This document shows positions 12,196 to 25,585 of a stretch of 64,000 nucleotides of DNA, in pieces. The notes below the pieces were generated by a model. The model saw only the letters and a program-made list of their open reading frames with translations, had not been told where the DNA came from and did not search any database. Origin of the DNA: Negaprion brevirostris (lineage: Eukaryota); NCBI GenBank assembly GCA_030324005.1, contig JARDVH010000160.1:22818297-22882296 (forward strand), given 5' to 3'. Numbering within the stretch: position 1 is the first letter of the stretch; every line of letters starts with the position of its first letter. A program made the position numbers and the translations under genes.

Positions 12196-12464
12196 TGGCA
12201 TCATGTGCACAGTGATTAGCACTGCTGCCTTACAGTACCAGGGACCCCGGTTCAACTCCCGACTTGGGTCACTGACTGTGTGGAGTTTCATGTTCTAAAC
12301 CGTGTTTGCATGGGTTTCCTCCAAGTGCTCCGGTTTCCTCCCACGTTCTGAAAGATGTGCTGGTTAGGTGCATTGGCCACGCTAAAGTCTCCCTCAGTGT
12401 ACCCGAACAGGACCGGAGTGTGGCGACTAGGGGGGTTTTCACAGTAACTTCATTGCAGTGTTAA
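12196..12464 (+). mobile_element. HE1-like V-SINE, alternative (type-2) tail
   Basis: Same head and V-domain, then gagtgtggcgactagggg...cacagtaacttcattgcagtgttaa. Confidence 0.85.
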
Positions 12465-12889
12465 NNNNNNNNNNNNNNNNNNNNNNNNNNNNNNNNNNNN
12501 NNNNNNNNNNNNNNNNNNNNNCCACTTGAAATAGAATGTCTACTTGTTAACTTTCACTGCTAACCACCAGGTGCTCATACCATGCATCACTGTAATTCTC
12601 AGCACTGAAAAGTAGTCTTCTGCAGTAAATGTACAGTTGTTACTCATTGGAATGTTTTTGCAATGTTGTGGAATTTGTTTTTTCAAAAATAAGATTTTAT
12701 GGCAATTTTTCATACTTGTCAAAGTGAAGGCCTTTTTGCTGGAATGTTGTACACATTTCGATTTTAGGCCAGTATGTCAGCAAGCACACCCTGATTAGTT
12801 GTATTGTTTCTAGATATTCATCCCTGAAGCTAACTTTACATTTGGCCCTTTTAACCAATTTTCATCACATCAGTCTGAGAAGAATAGTG

Positions 12890-13353
12890 GTGGACGTCAA
12901 GGGGACATAGATTTAATGATGGAATGGGCTAACACATGGCGAGTAAAATTTAATGCAGAGAAATGAGAAGTGATACACTTTGTAGGAAGAATAAGGAGAA
13001 GCAACACAAAAGAATAAAATTCTAAAGAGGTTACAGGAACACAGGGACCTAAGGAGTATACGTTCACAATTCATGAAGACGGGAGAAGGTTGAGAAAGCA
13101 GTTTGAAGTTCATCTGAGATCCTGGACTCAACAAATCAAGGCACAGATACAAAAGCAAGGAAGTTACAATGAACCTTTATAAAACATTGGCTTAGCCTCA
13201 GCTGGTGTATTGTGTCCAATGCTGGGCACCACACTTTGGGAAAAATATAAAAGCTTAAGAAAGGGTGCAGAAAAGATTTACAAGAATGGTTCACGGATAA
13301 GGAAATTCAGTTATGTGAATAGACTGGAGAAGCTGGGGTTTTCAACTTAAAGA
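12890..13353 (+). mobile_element. CR1 LINE ORF2 fragment (older)
   Basis: YKTLA*PQLVYCVQCWAPHFGK...VQKRFTRMV motifs. Confidence 0.8.
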
Positions 13354-13689
13354 NNNNNNNNNNNNNNNNNNNNNNNNNNNNNNNNNNNNNNNNNNNNNNN
13401 NNNNNNNNNNNNNNNNNNNNNNNNNNNNNNNNNNNNNNNNNNNNNNNNNNNNNNNNNNNNNNNNNNNNNNNNNNNNNNNNNNNNNNNNNNNNNNNNNNNN
13501 NNNNNNNNNNNNNNNNNNNNNNNNNNNNNNNNNNNNNNNNNNNNNNNNNNNNNNNNNNNNNNNNNNNNNNNNNNNNNNNNNNNNNNNNNNNNNNNNNNNN
13601 NNNNNNNNNNNNNNNNNNNNNNNNNNNNNNNNNNNNNNNNNNNNNNNNNNNNNNNATATACAGTAAATGGCAGAAATATACAGTAAATT

Positions 13690-14408
13690 ACAATACTTAA
13701 GAGTATTGATAGGCAAAGGGATCTGGGTGTACACAGGTCACTGAAAGTGGCAACGCAGGTGGAGAAGGTAGCCAAGAAAGCATACGGCATGCTTGCCTTT
13801 ATTGGCCAGGGCACTGACTTTAAAAATTGGAAAGTCATGTTGCAGCTTTATAGAATCTTGGTTAGGTCGCACTTGGAATATAGTGTTCAATTCTGGTCGC
13901 CACAGTACCAGAAGGATGTGGAGGCTTTGGAGAGGGTGCAGAAAAGATTTACCAGGATGATGCCTGGTATGGAGGGCATTAGCTATGAGGAGAAGTTGGA
14001 GAAACTTGGTTTGTTCTCACTGAAATGACTGAGGTTGAGGGGTGACCTGATATAAGTCTACAAGATTATGAGAGGCATGGACAGACTGGACAGTGAGAAG
14101 CTTTTTCCCAAGGTGGGAAAGTCAGTTACGAGGGGGCACAGGTTTAAGGTGCAAAGGGCAAGGTTTAAAGGAGATGTACGAGGCAGATTTTTTTTTTTAC
14201 ACAGAGGGTGATGGGTGCCTGGAATTCGTTGCCAGGGGAGGTAGTGGAAGCAGGTACGGTAGTGACTTTTAAGGACAAATACATGAATAGGGTGGGAATA
14301 GAGGGATATGGTGCCCAGGTGGGTAGGGAGTTTTAGTTAAATCAGGCAGCATGGTTGGTTAAGGCAATGAGGGCCAAAGGGCCTGCTCCTGTGCTATAAT
14401 TTTCTTTG
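13690..14408 (+). mobile_element. CR1/HER1 LINE 3' ~700 bp
   Basis: ORF 13747-14028: KAYGMLAFIGQGTDFKNWKVMLQLYRILVRSHLEYSVQFWSPQYQKDVEALERVQKRFTRMMPG; tail gggccaaagggcctgctcctgtgctataa. Confidence 0.92.
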
Positions 14409-14410
14409 TT

Positions 14411-14688
14411 TGTAGAAGGAGGCCACTAAGCCCATCGAGCCTGCACCAACAACAATCCCACCCAGGCCCATAAGCCCACATATTAATCCCTTGGATACTG
14501 TGGGGCAATTTAGCATGGCCAATCAACCTAACATGCACACCTTTAGAGTGTGCGAGAAAACCAGAGCACTTGGAGAAAACCCACACAGGGAACGTGAAAA
14601 CTTCACACAGTCACCTGAGGCTGGAATTGAACCCAGGTCCATGGCGCTGTGAGGCAGCTGAGCTAACCACTGTGTCAGCATGCCGCCC
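14411..14688 (-). mobile_element. HE1-like V-SINE, CR1-type tail
   Basis: Reverse complement of head ggcatgctgacacagtggttagctcagctgcctcacagcgcc. Confidence 0.85.
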
Positions 14689-14734
14689 GTTTAAATTTTG
14701 AGATGAGATTTAATAAAGGTCTTCAAAATCACAA

Positions 14735-15070
14735 GATTTGATAGAGATATTTGAAATCATAAAGGGTTTGGACAGTGTAAGCTGAGAGAAACTGTTCCCA
14801 TTGGCAAAAGGGTCGAGAACCAGATGACACTGATTTAAGTTGCTTGACAAAAGAGCCAAATGTGACAAAAATAAAAGCTTTGTAATGCAGCGAGTGGTTA
14901 AGACCTGGAATGCATCTGTCTGAGAAGGTGATGGAGATGATTCAATTGTAGCTTTCAAAAAAAGACTGGATAAACCATTTGCATGTCTACGAGGAAAGGG
15001 AAGGGAGTGGGAACAGCTGAGTTGCATAGGTCCAACAGGCCAACTGGTGTCCTTCTGTGTTGTAAATCAT
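14735..15070 (+). mobile_element. Old CR1 LINE 3' end
   Basis: DLIEIFEIIKGLD...EKLFPLAKGSRTR*H; QRVVKTWNA. Confidence 0.7.
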
Positions 15071-17049
15071 TCCTCAATCTCATTAGAAACCATTTTTCAG
15101 CTGGCAAGCCTACTTATCAAGGAATGTATTTACAGGTGATCAAACTGGTATATCAGGTTTAATGATTTGAGTCCATTAAAAAAATCTTGGAATGTAATGT
15201 TACCGAGATTTGGAATTTACAGAGAAAAAATTGATTTAAGCCATTTTTAACCAACTATGCAGCAAAATCAAGCATGAGATTATATAAAAGTTATGTATAA
15301 CACAGCTGCCTTGATTCTTAGAAATACTTTGCAACTGCCAAAACATATGGGTCATCTAGATGGGAGGCCAACGGGAATAAAGAAACTCCAAGTTACTATA
15401 CTTTAGATGGAATGTGCATAAAAAGACAAATTTTACGCTGTTCAGTAATACCTGGGCATCAAACAAATCAACATTTATAATTACCTGCTAATTTTGATTG
15501 TGGCAAAACTGATTCTAGTCCCCAGGATTTCTAAATCCTGGGTTACTGCTGCCAATGTTTCTTCTGCCGGAATTGATCATGCTTTCCAGTCACGTAATCC
15601 AAGGACAGGCACTAATCAACCACTTTCTTTTTGGAGACGAATACTGAGTCATGCCTCTATCAGGAGGTCGTAATTCTTCTCAAGGACACGACACACAGGG
15701 ATCTGCGTTCAATCACTGTCTGTTCAATGGCATAGCAGCAGCCATTGTGCAATCAATTCCCGTGTTTGATCCATAGCCACCCATCCTGTTCTTTGCTGTT
15801 CCCACAGTCCTCGGCCTGATACAGAGTTAGCCCTTTTAACCATCAGACTTTGCTGGTGACTTCACTTTGCTGGTATCTTTACGAATATCCATCAGGCTAC
15901 AAAACTTTGCAGTGAAGTACACTCCAAAACATATATTTTCTACTATAATAATTAAATCTTCCATGCATGGCCCATATGAGACAGAGATTAAACTGGGCCA
16001 GATAATGCTGTCAAAATCATGATAAGGCAAATGGCACTTACCATTACTTATGTGCAAATGGTGCAGCAACTACAGTTGAGGGGCAGATGCACAGTTAAAT
16101 GCAGAAGTCCAAACGTTGCTGCCCAATTGCATCCATCTACCATTAGCGTTGCAAAAACGTCATCTTTCTGTCTGCCTTAACATTCAAATGCATTGACTAA
16201 TGTCTATTTGTTGTATTTGCGCAGTACGTCTACCATTTTGAATTTGTTAAATCACTTTCAAGTCTAAGTAATTTTTTAATGATGGGATAAATGTTAATTA
16301 CTATCAATCAATCTCTCTGACATTGAAAATTAATTGCTGCACGTGTGGAGTTGCTTTCCTTCAGGTTTTAAGATGTTTAAAAACATTTCCTTTCAGTCTG
16401 TTCCTCAGTCCCTTTTTGCAATTTTTCTTTCCCTCATTTTATTTTTTATTCAGTACCTGATTTAACATTGAATTCACCCACTTTGATTTACAGTCCTTGC
16501 ACTGTTTATTTCATGATCCTTCAAACTGATTAAACGGCTGCTTTCCCTAAACATTCAGTTCCCAAATGTTGTATTTCTTCCCAGTAACATTATCAGCACA
16601 CACTTTCAGCAACTTGCTACTCAAAAAAAACTTGAGAAGCCTAAATGTGCAAAAACAAGTGTTACAAAGAGCAGACATCATTAGATTAGCTGCTGCAGTA
16701 CAATCAGGTCCATTATTTCACAAGAATGGGAGGATTGCATAAACAACATATAATGCATTATTCCACTGCTCAAGCAAAGTATGCATAAAACTGGTGCGCC
16801 TCAGTCAAGCCACGATGACAAAATAAACATCTCTCGAAGACAATTGCTATTTGGTGGATGCTGAAATTAATCAGAATATTTTCTGTTGATGGAAGATATC
16901 TCTGGCAGAAGTTTGTAAATCCCAGTTCTAATTCGAGATCAAAAGAACACAGCAATAAATTCCGATTTGAATATTACTAAAAGCTACAGAGGATCTGGTG
17001 AATCAGTAAAGATGATTTACAAGAATAATACTGAAAGATGGGTCACAGA

Positions 17050-17975
17050 AGACTACTGCGTACACATCTAGGATGCTCTGGTTCGCTGAGCAGTGGTATT
17101 CCCAGATTAAGAAAGAAGGTTTGGCACTTGTTTTCAGCAATAAAAAGTTCCATCAGCACGTTGACGGAAAACACTTCTTCATTATTACTGATCCTGCACC
17201 CCTGCCAGACAATACCCCCCACTCTCCATTGCCTCAGATCAGATAAAACATTGGGCCTTATTACTGGCAGTCTATGATNNNNNNNNNNTGATCAACTCCT
17301 CGAGCATTGCCCCAGGACCTGGAAAGATAAGGCCAATGCACTGAGTCATCTGCTGTTGCCCGGAAGTCCAGCTTCACCACCAGCATGGAAGAGGTTGTGA
17401 TGACCTTCAATTTTTTGGATGGCTTGCCAGTATCTGTGCAGCAAATCAAGGACTTGATACAAAAGGGCCTAATCCCATCTAAAAAAACATAATACTGCAC
17501 AGAAGATTCAGAGGTCAGCCCTCAGATAAGATGAAACACCACTGGAAGGCAGACAGCTCAATGTTGAGGGTGACACCATCCTCTGGGGTTCCCATGTAAT
17601 TGTCCCTTGCCCAGGGTGACGTCCAGTATTTATGGAATTACACCACAGCCAACCTGGGATTTCAACGATGAAAACCCTAGCCAGGAGCTACATATGGTGG
17701 CCCAGGCTTGACGCGGGCATAACTGACTTGGTTAGACAGTGTGAGTCGTGCCAAGAGAATCACAAACTTCCCCTCAGCCTCCCTACATCCGTGGGTGCGG
17801 CCTGGTAAGCCCTGGGTGTGAGTGCACGTGAACTTCGCTGAGCCTTTTTTGGGTTCCATGTTCCTGATCAAGATCGATACACATTCCAAATGGTTGGAGA
17901 TATATTGTATGATGTATACCACCACTTCCCATGCTACCATTGAGAAACTGCGACCAAGTTTCTGCATGCTTGAGA
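17050..17975 (+). mobile_element. Decayed Ty3/Gypsy pol (RNase H and integrase)
   Basis: AYTSRMLWFAEQWYSQIKKEGLALVFSNKKFHQHVDGKHFFIITD (RNase H); ELHHSQPGISTMKTLARSYIWWP, CESCQ and VHVNFAEPFLGSMFLIKIDTHSKWLE (integrase); appears to resume near 18575-18830. Confidence 0.88.
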
Positions 17976-17988
17976 TGCCTGGAGTCCC

Positions 17989-18575
17989 AGGGCCCTATTT
18001 TACTATTTTTATTCTAAGTGTTGGGCGGACTTGAAACTGGGAGCATTTCAGATCCGACTTTTAAATCTGTTCTCAGGTGTTCCTATATGCACCCTGGCTG
18101 CAAAAATATCAGCGAATCCAAATCATGCTGCAGAAGCCTGTGGGCAGGGCTTAATGCGCCCAAAATCCTGCNNNNNNNNNNCCTCAACCCCCACCCCCTC
18201 CAATATTATTAATCCTCTTATGTCCCCCACCACCCAGACCAATTGCGATCCCCACACACCCCTCCCCTCCACCGATCGCAGGCAGAGTGGCAACGGACCC
18301 CACCTTCCCCCACCCCCACCGATCTCAAGCAGAGAGCCGTTGGACCCATGTTCCCCACCTTCCAACCGATCTCAAGTAGAGAGTCAGATGCTTGGCACTT
18401 ATCTCCTCACTAACTGGAGCATCCGAATCGGAATTTTGTAGAGCACGTCTGTTTCATACTGTAAGTGTATGGGCGAATGCGGTGATAAAGGGGAAAGTGC
18501 CAGTAAGGGCAGGCATTTAAATTGCCGTCGCACCTGTTTCGGGCGCAGTCCCAATTGATGCCATTTTCAGGCCTC
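17989..18575. mobile_element. GC/CpG-rich non-autonomous element with internal C-rich tandem units, interrupting the Gypsy remnant
   Basis: Repeated ccaccgatc(g/t)ca(g/a)gcagag...ggaccc units at 18260-18390; GGGCCC start; class uncertain. Confidence 0.45.
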
Positions 18576-20861
18576 AGGTTTTATAAGGTGCAAGTAGAGA
18601 GCCAAACTGTCGATAAACACTTGCACCATCTCAGAAATAGGGAAATCTGTGCCAGTACAGTCACAGCCATGTGAACGACCACTGTCAAGTCTCAAATGGA
18701 ACTTGACGCCACATCTATCCCTCTGTGTGATGAGGACAGGGATTCAGAAGTGGAAGCAGAAGAAACTGGCACTCCTACTAAAGTGTGAGACTTCAAGATG
18801 AGCCAGAGTCAGTGGTTTTATGGCGCTCCCTTTGGAAGCGAAGGTCCCCGATTCACTTCGCACCCTATGATGCAGCCCTGCCTCCCACTGATCCCAGGCC
18901 GTTTGCCAAGCGCCTGAGAAGACCCCTGCCATGGCGCGAGTTTGGGGAAAAAAGTGGACAGGGGAGCAGGTTGTGGGGGTTGGTGGGATTATCAATAAAT
19001 CTCCCCATCGGCCTCATTAAGTACGAGCTTCCCTATTTGACAAGTGGATACTCGCCAAATAGGGAAGCAGTGGGGAGGTTTAAAACCAGCTGGTTCCACT
19101 CAGGCCGGCAGTCAATAGACTTGGGATTGATCTGAAATCTGTAGCCCTTAAAAAGTGTTCNNNNNNNNNNNNNNNNNNNNNNNNNNNNNNNNNNNNNNNN
19201 NNNNNNNNNNNNNNNNNNNNNNNNNNNNNNNNNNNNNNNNNNNNNNNNNNNNNNNNNNNNNNNNNNNNNNNNNNNNNNNNNNNNNNNNNNNNNNNNNNNN
19301 NNNNNNNNNNNNNNNNNNNNNNNNNNNNNNNNNNNNNTACTTACTCTTCACCCAGAGCACGGTTCAAGGATGGAAAATACTAACATCTTTTTACAAAAAA
19401 ACTTCTATCCTTTGTGGGGCTATGTTTCTTCATAAAACTTGAGCATGCTAATGCAAAGACAGATCAGAAATTAATTAAAACTGGATTGCATATTGATTTA
19501 CTGAATGGGAAATGGTGCTTCATTATATGCACTACAGCACAAAAAAACGTTATTCAGTAATATGCACAACTATGGTTATGGTTACACTTATTGCAAAAAT
19601 GATAGCTTTAATAGGCAGTTAGCACAGTAATGTCAAGCTGAAAAAAAGTATTAGGATAAAATTACATTCCATCTATCTGTTTCTCATCAGCACTCTGTTC
19701 TTTCAGTCCATGTACATTCTTTAGTTAATTCATGCTCCAGACATCTTAAAACATTTGTACAGAAAAGCAACATACAAGTACAGTGAAGATTTCTCCCCTC
19801 TTTAGCTATGTCAATCTAATACATTTACAAGAAGGAGGAATAAAACAAGGGAATGTTTTTCCACTTTTTATCAAATGACAAGATTAAATATTTCGAAGTC
19901 CAGTTATGACAGCAACCAGCAATAACATACGATTGAGTGACAATACATAATTCCTTCATAATGTCCCATCAACCCTCAAACTTCGAAGAGCTTCCTCTTC
20001 ATTACGAGACCCCACTTCCTTCTCCAAGTTTTTATGTTTATACAAGTTCCAAAGAGGATGCATTAATCACTGAAACATCAAGAGACAAATGTGCTGTAGA
20101 CTCCTCTCCACTAGGAAGTGATGATGACTGACAGACTCATTCAAACTACAATCATTAAATGTCAGCAGAAACAAAAGCTCTTCTGACAAATTTTTCTCAG
20201 CTGGATTTCCAACCCAGTTATACACTCAGAATCTACAACCTTTTGGAGCTGGAACTCAAATTCTCTTGTCAAAGTGAGTGATTATACAGAAATGTGATCC
20301 CCAACACACAAAACATTTAAACACCCCATTCACAAAAAAAATGTATCGAACATGTATCTCGTCCATCTTTCAATTAGATGCCTGCTACTGCTAGTGTAAT
20401 ATTTGATCTGGCAGTTTTCCAATCAATTAATCTAGGTCCTCTTTCATGCACTGAAATAAGCAAATTTCTAGTCAAAAACCTTAATCTGCGATTTATTTTA
20501 TTTCTTTGTCAATTTCAACGTGATAATAATGAGGTTACAATCTTTCCCCCGAATGACCTCCTACATTCACTTCTCCTTTATTGCCTAGAACTACTATTGC
20601 ATCCTCTTGTTGAGTACGCAGCATATTGATAGGGAAACTGACAAGTTCTATGAACCCCTTCCCATTGTTAACATGGGCACTTGTTTTATCCCATTCCACT
20701 TTAGCTTAACTGAAATCCTCACTATTAGAGATCAATTTCAACCACAGGCATTTTAAATGTCTTTCCCACTACTTGCTGGGCTACATCTATTCCCAATATG
20801 ATAAAATATTCTTTAGCTCAACCCAGATAAACTGTGTTCAAAACTAGTTTGATTAAAAACT

Positions 20862-21076
20862 TTGATTTATTATTGTCTCACGTATTGGTATACAGTAAAA
20901 AGTATTATTTCCTGCACACTGTACAAAGTGTACTGTACATAGAGAAGGAAAGCAGAGGGTGCAGAATATAGTATTACAGTCATAGCTAGGGTGTAGAGAA
21001 AGATCAACTTAATAAAAGGAAAATCCATTCAAAAGTCTGAAGGCAGCAGGGAAGAAACTGTTGAGTCAGTTGGTAT
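20862..21076 (-). mobile_element. Rex1/Babar-like LINE 3' end
   Basis: Reverse complement of the 57890-58226 tail (tttgatttattattgtc...gcagcagggaagaaactgttg). Confidence 0.75.
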
Positions 21077-22391
21077 GAAATATACAACCGAAATTCAAAA
21101 TAACTGATCTTCTTTATTTCAGTAGAACATTTTAGAACTAAGAATATTTAGTTTCCATTCTTGCCCTCACTTAAACTTTCTTCACAAAGGCAATAACTGA
21201 GGAGCCCTTCATTTTAATTAGTGGGCTGAATGTAGTCCTACCATCATGGGACTCACTGGTGGGCCTGGAAATCACTGGGGATCTGGCACATGTCCATGGT
21301 GGTCAGCTGAACTTGATTATGAGCAACAAGCTTATGAATGTAGGTGACACAGGCTTGCAGGAAGCAACTCTGGTGTTGGGAAGTTCACATCAACTGATAG
21401 CTGTGCCGGAGCTGGTATGTATAAAGAGTGGCCAGCCTTGTGTTAAGAATTGCAAATTGTCTTGAGGCTTTTTAAGCAAGCTTTACAGTTTTAATCTCCA
21501 ACAACTGAATTTTTGCTGCTCCAGCACGAAAAGGCATCTCAGCAATCTGGGAAAAGATTTGTCCACTGTCAGATAATATTAGATGGTGGCATCAATGGGT
21601 TCAACTGAGGTCCATGTCACAGTCCAACTGGCACATCCCTTCTAGTGCTCAAGAATGAAGAAAGACAGACTGGATGTTTCCCAAGCTGCCACTATCTCCT
21701 CCTTTCCATACAATCAGCCTCCAAAGTGTTTTCCCCCTATAAACTCAGACCTGTGATGTCACTTAAAGAGATGAACCTGCTGCACCTCAATTGTACACTA
21801 CCCCTTTAAATTTTGGACCCAGTACTTGTGGATTCTGATTTTATTTGTCTGAGGCTCCACTCCTCATCAGCTCAGCAAGTTTTTACACATAAAAAGGTCT
21901 CCATGATCAGTCCAGTGCCTTGTGTATCAGAATCCTGGAAGGAAAAAGGACTCTTGCAATAAGTCAAGGAAGGTACATTCAGGTACACATCCCAAAACCC
22001 ATTACCTAAATACCAGAGCTGCCTAAAATGTAAACATCTTTAGAATGTGTTATGCATCATTATTTTTCTTTTACTCAATTAAAATGAACTTACCTGAACT
22101 ATTCATCCAGGCACTGCATGGCTCTGGACTACTTATCCCTTTCGCTGTTTNNNNNNNNNNNNNNNNNNNNNNNNNNNNNNNNNNNNNNNNNNNNNNNNNN
22201 NNNNNNNNNNNNNNNNNNNNNNNNNNNNNNNNNNNNNNNNNNNNNNNNNNACGGTGCGAGCAGTCCACCGCCTAAAGCGCCAAACCCGAAATCTGGCAAA
22301 ATCCAAAGTCTGGCAAGACCTCAGACCCAAGGATGTCGGTTTTGCAAGAGTGTGCCTGTATATAAGTTACCAGCTTTCAATGAAGAAAGGG

Positions 22392-22695
22392 GAGGCACGG
22401 TGGCACAGTAGTTAGCACTTCTGCCTCACAGTGCCAGGGACCCAGGTTCAATTCCCAGCTTGGGCCACTGCCTGTGTGGAATTTGCACATTCTCTCTGTC
22501 TCTGCATGGGATTCCTCTGGGTGCTCCAGTTTCCTTCCACAATCCAAAAAAAACGTGGTTAGGTGCATTGGCCATGCTAAATTCTCCCTGTTTACCTGAA
22601 CAGGTGCCGGAATGTGGCAACTAGGGGATTTTCGCAGTAACTTCATTGTAGTGTTAACATAACCCTACTTTGTGACATTAATAAGTTAACTTAAA
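22392..22695 (+). mobile_element. HE1-like V-SINE, type-2 tail
   Basis: ggcacggtggcacagtagttagcact...gtgacattaataa. Confidence 0.85.
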
Positions 22696-23089
22696 CGTGT
22701 AAGTTTCAGTTTCACTAATTCAGGGGGGCAGGATTAAATTGTGTCCAATTGCATTCAAATTATATTCCAGTGGGCAATTATGCATATCAATGAAGTTCTA
22801 ACTGCCAACAGATGAATTTCCCATTTTGTTAGGTTCCCACCGCTGACTTAATCACTTACAATTTTCCCACTACTGGGAATCTAGAGCATCGGCTTCCGCA
22901 CAATTTTCCATGCCTACCCACCATCTTGCCAGTTCCAGCAGGCTCTAAAAATTCCAGCCCAGAGTCTGCCATTCTTAACTATTCTCCTGCTGTTATTTAC
23001 ATATAAACCAACGACCAATTTATACCCCTCTATACTCTCTCCCCCTTCTGCATTTTCTTGTTGTTTCCTTCAATGTCATTTCTCTTAAG

Positions 23090-23375
23090 GGTAAGGAGTA
23101 AAAATTTTAGGACTGGGACAAGGAGAAATTTCTTCACCCAGGGAGTGGTGAGCCTGTGGAATTCGTTACCACAGAAAGGAGCTGAAGCCAAAACATTGTA
23201 TGTTTTGAAGAGGCAATCAGATATAGCTCTTGGGGTGAAAGGGATCAAAGAGTGTGGGGAGAAGGTAGGATCAGGATATTGAGTTGGATAATGAGCCATA
23301 ATCATAATGAATTGTGGAGCAGGCTCAAAGGACTGAATGGCCTACTCCTGATCCCACCTTCAATGGTTCTAAGTT
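23090..23375 (+). mobile_element. CR1 LINE 3' end
   Basis: ORF 23058-23282: FRTGTRRNFFTQGVVSLWNSLPQK; tail gaatggcctactcctg. Confidence 0.85.
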
Positions 23376-25177
23376 TCACTTCTTCCTTACTGTCCTAAAG
23401 AACATCACTCCAAAGCAAAATCAGAGGTTCCTATTTTAAACCAATTTACACCATCACTTAATTTATCCTTTATTTCTCCGCTGGGCAAATCTCTATCTGA
23501 CAGAGTTTGAACTTTATTTATTCTTGGTACCAATTGGTCCAGGTGAAATCTAACCCTGCTCAACAGTCAATTCCAAAATATGACACTAATGCCTACAACC
23601 TGTAATCTCCCCATGTTACCAACCAGGTATTCAAATCTTATGGTGCCTCAAAATTCTCAAGAACCATCGCAAAAGTTTGTCCACACATTTCTTTATTTTG
23701 CTCACTCTCGCACTCAGAGACACTGTACAGAACTATATGCGAAGTTGTAGCTGCATTCATCCTCGCTAACCCACTGACAGTTTCTCCCACTAATAAAGTT
23801 AGACTTTTCCATTCTTCACTGCCCTGCCTCATTTCGTCACTGTCCACATAATATCTACCAACAGCCTTCTTGCCTTGTGATACAGTAGCTTTTCATATAA
23901 CTCTAATAATTTTGTTTCAGTCCAGAAAAGCAAAGATTATTTTTCCCTCATAAGCCCTCTAGTTTTTCACCTTAATCGTACTTTCCTTAAGTCATTCAAA
24001 CATAAAGTTCAACTTTAATTGCTTTTTTAAATCCTTCATCCCAAATTGCAAGATTAATCTATCAGACGTCCTGGGCAATTCTAAAACATGCTGAAATTTT
24101 CACATGTACAAAGTTAAATACCTTTTGCAGTGCAAATTCTAATTGAAAATGGCACAGGATTTGCAACGAAGTCCTGCAAGCAGGTGATAAAGCTAACAAG
24201 CCAGCACCACAAGCTGGGAAATTAATTACTCAGCGTGAAATTCCCTAAAACATTCAAATGAAGATTAATTTAAATATAAAATGAAATTTATGTCTAAATT
24301 AATTTTCAAAAATTTACTTCATGCAGCCTTTAGATAATGAATCAGAAGTACACCTGAAAATCATTGCATTATAAGACAGAAGCTTCAACTACATTTTCAA
24401 GTTCATGATTACAAAATTCTTCAACATATTTTTCTTTGTGACCCGCACCAGACAACTTTGATCTATCGAAAGCCGAAACCAGAGTACAACAGATATTTTT
24501 TACATTCCATGGTTCTGGGTTTATTCCATATAAGAACAGCATGTACTGGATTTTAGATATTTCCCCCATTTTTCATCGGTGACTAACTAATGTATCTCAT
24601 ACAAAGTTTTACTGATATAACTTATCTGCAACATCTCACTCAGATATGGGTCTGCTTAATGTGCTAAGTTATAAGCTGTGCACAGAAACATGGCGGTCCA
24701 CACAGACGATTTACATTTCACACTTCAGCTGATCCAGCAAATCAGAAACCAATATGTCACATCTTTCATTTCTTGTTGCCCAGTGTTACCACTTCAGTAG
24801 AGAACCTTAGCAAAGGTTCAGCTTCTCAAAAGGTGAGGGACAGAATCGTATTAAAGCTTGGCTATTCAATATTCACAGCTGGTGTCAGTACTTGTTTTAT
24901 TGAGTTGCAGTGGAATGAAATTGTTTTGCAAAGTTAGAATTATATCATTCATCGCAATTTAGATCTTCTAATTTATTACAGGTCANNNNNNNNNNNNNNA
25001 AGGTACCTTGTGTTTTACTTCGTGATTACTGAAGAGCATTTTTGTTCCTGCACCAATCAAATAGAATTTCTATCATTTCTCTCCAAGCTCTAGCTCAAGA
25101 CAGTAGTTGAAATGGCAGATTGACTCTTTCTTTTGGCTTTAAATGTGGTTCCTAGGGCTATTTTTCAACTTTTAGGG

Positions 25178-25585
25178 CAGTAGTTCCTAGCTTTTTATAT
25201 GTCATGGCACACCTGTAAACAATAAAAAAAAATTCTGTCTTCTTCCCTTACTGGGAACTGTTTTAGCTTCTCCCTGTCCTCACACCTGTTTTTTTAACCT
25301 CCCCTTCTCTCACTTCTCCCAGGGTTTTTAAGTCCTTTTCGAGATTTTGCTTTTGTGTGGGTGCACAGGATCTTTGTCTTCAGCTCCAAGTCCTGTTGGT
25401 CATGCGATTAGGCCTGACCCACATAACAAATCTAAACCACGTATGTGGGGCTCTTTCCCAATCACAGAGCTGAAAGCAAAGGTTTGTTTTAGTTTAATGC
25501 ATGAATTTTGAATCATTTTTCATGACACACTTGGGGGTTTTCACAGCACAGCAGCATACTGCAGCGCACTACTTCAGAATCACTG
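25178..25585. mobile_element. Old hAT-Charlie-type MITE
   Basis: Termini cagtagttcc...agaatcactg; degenerate 8-bp TSD ttttaggg/ttctagag resembling the NTCTAGAN target. Confidence 0.6.
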
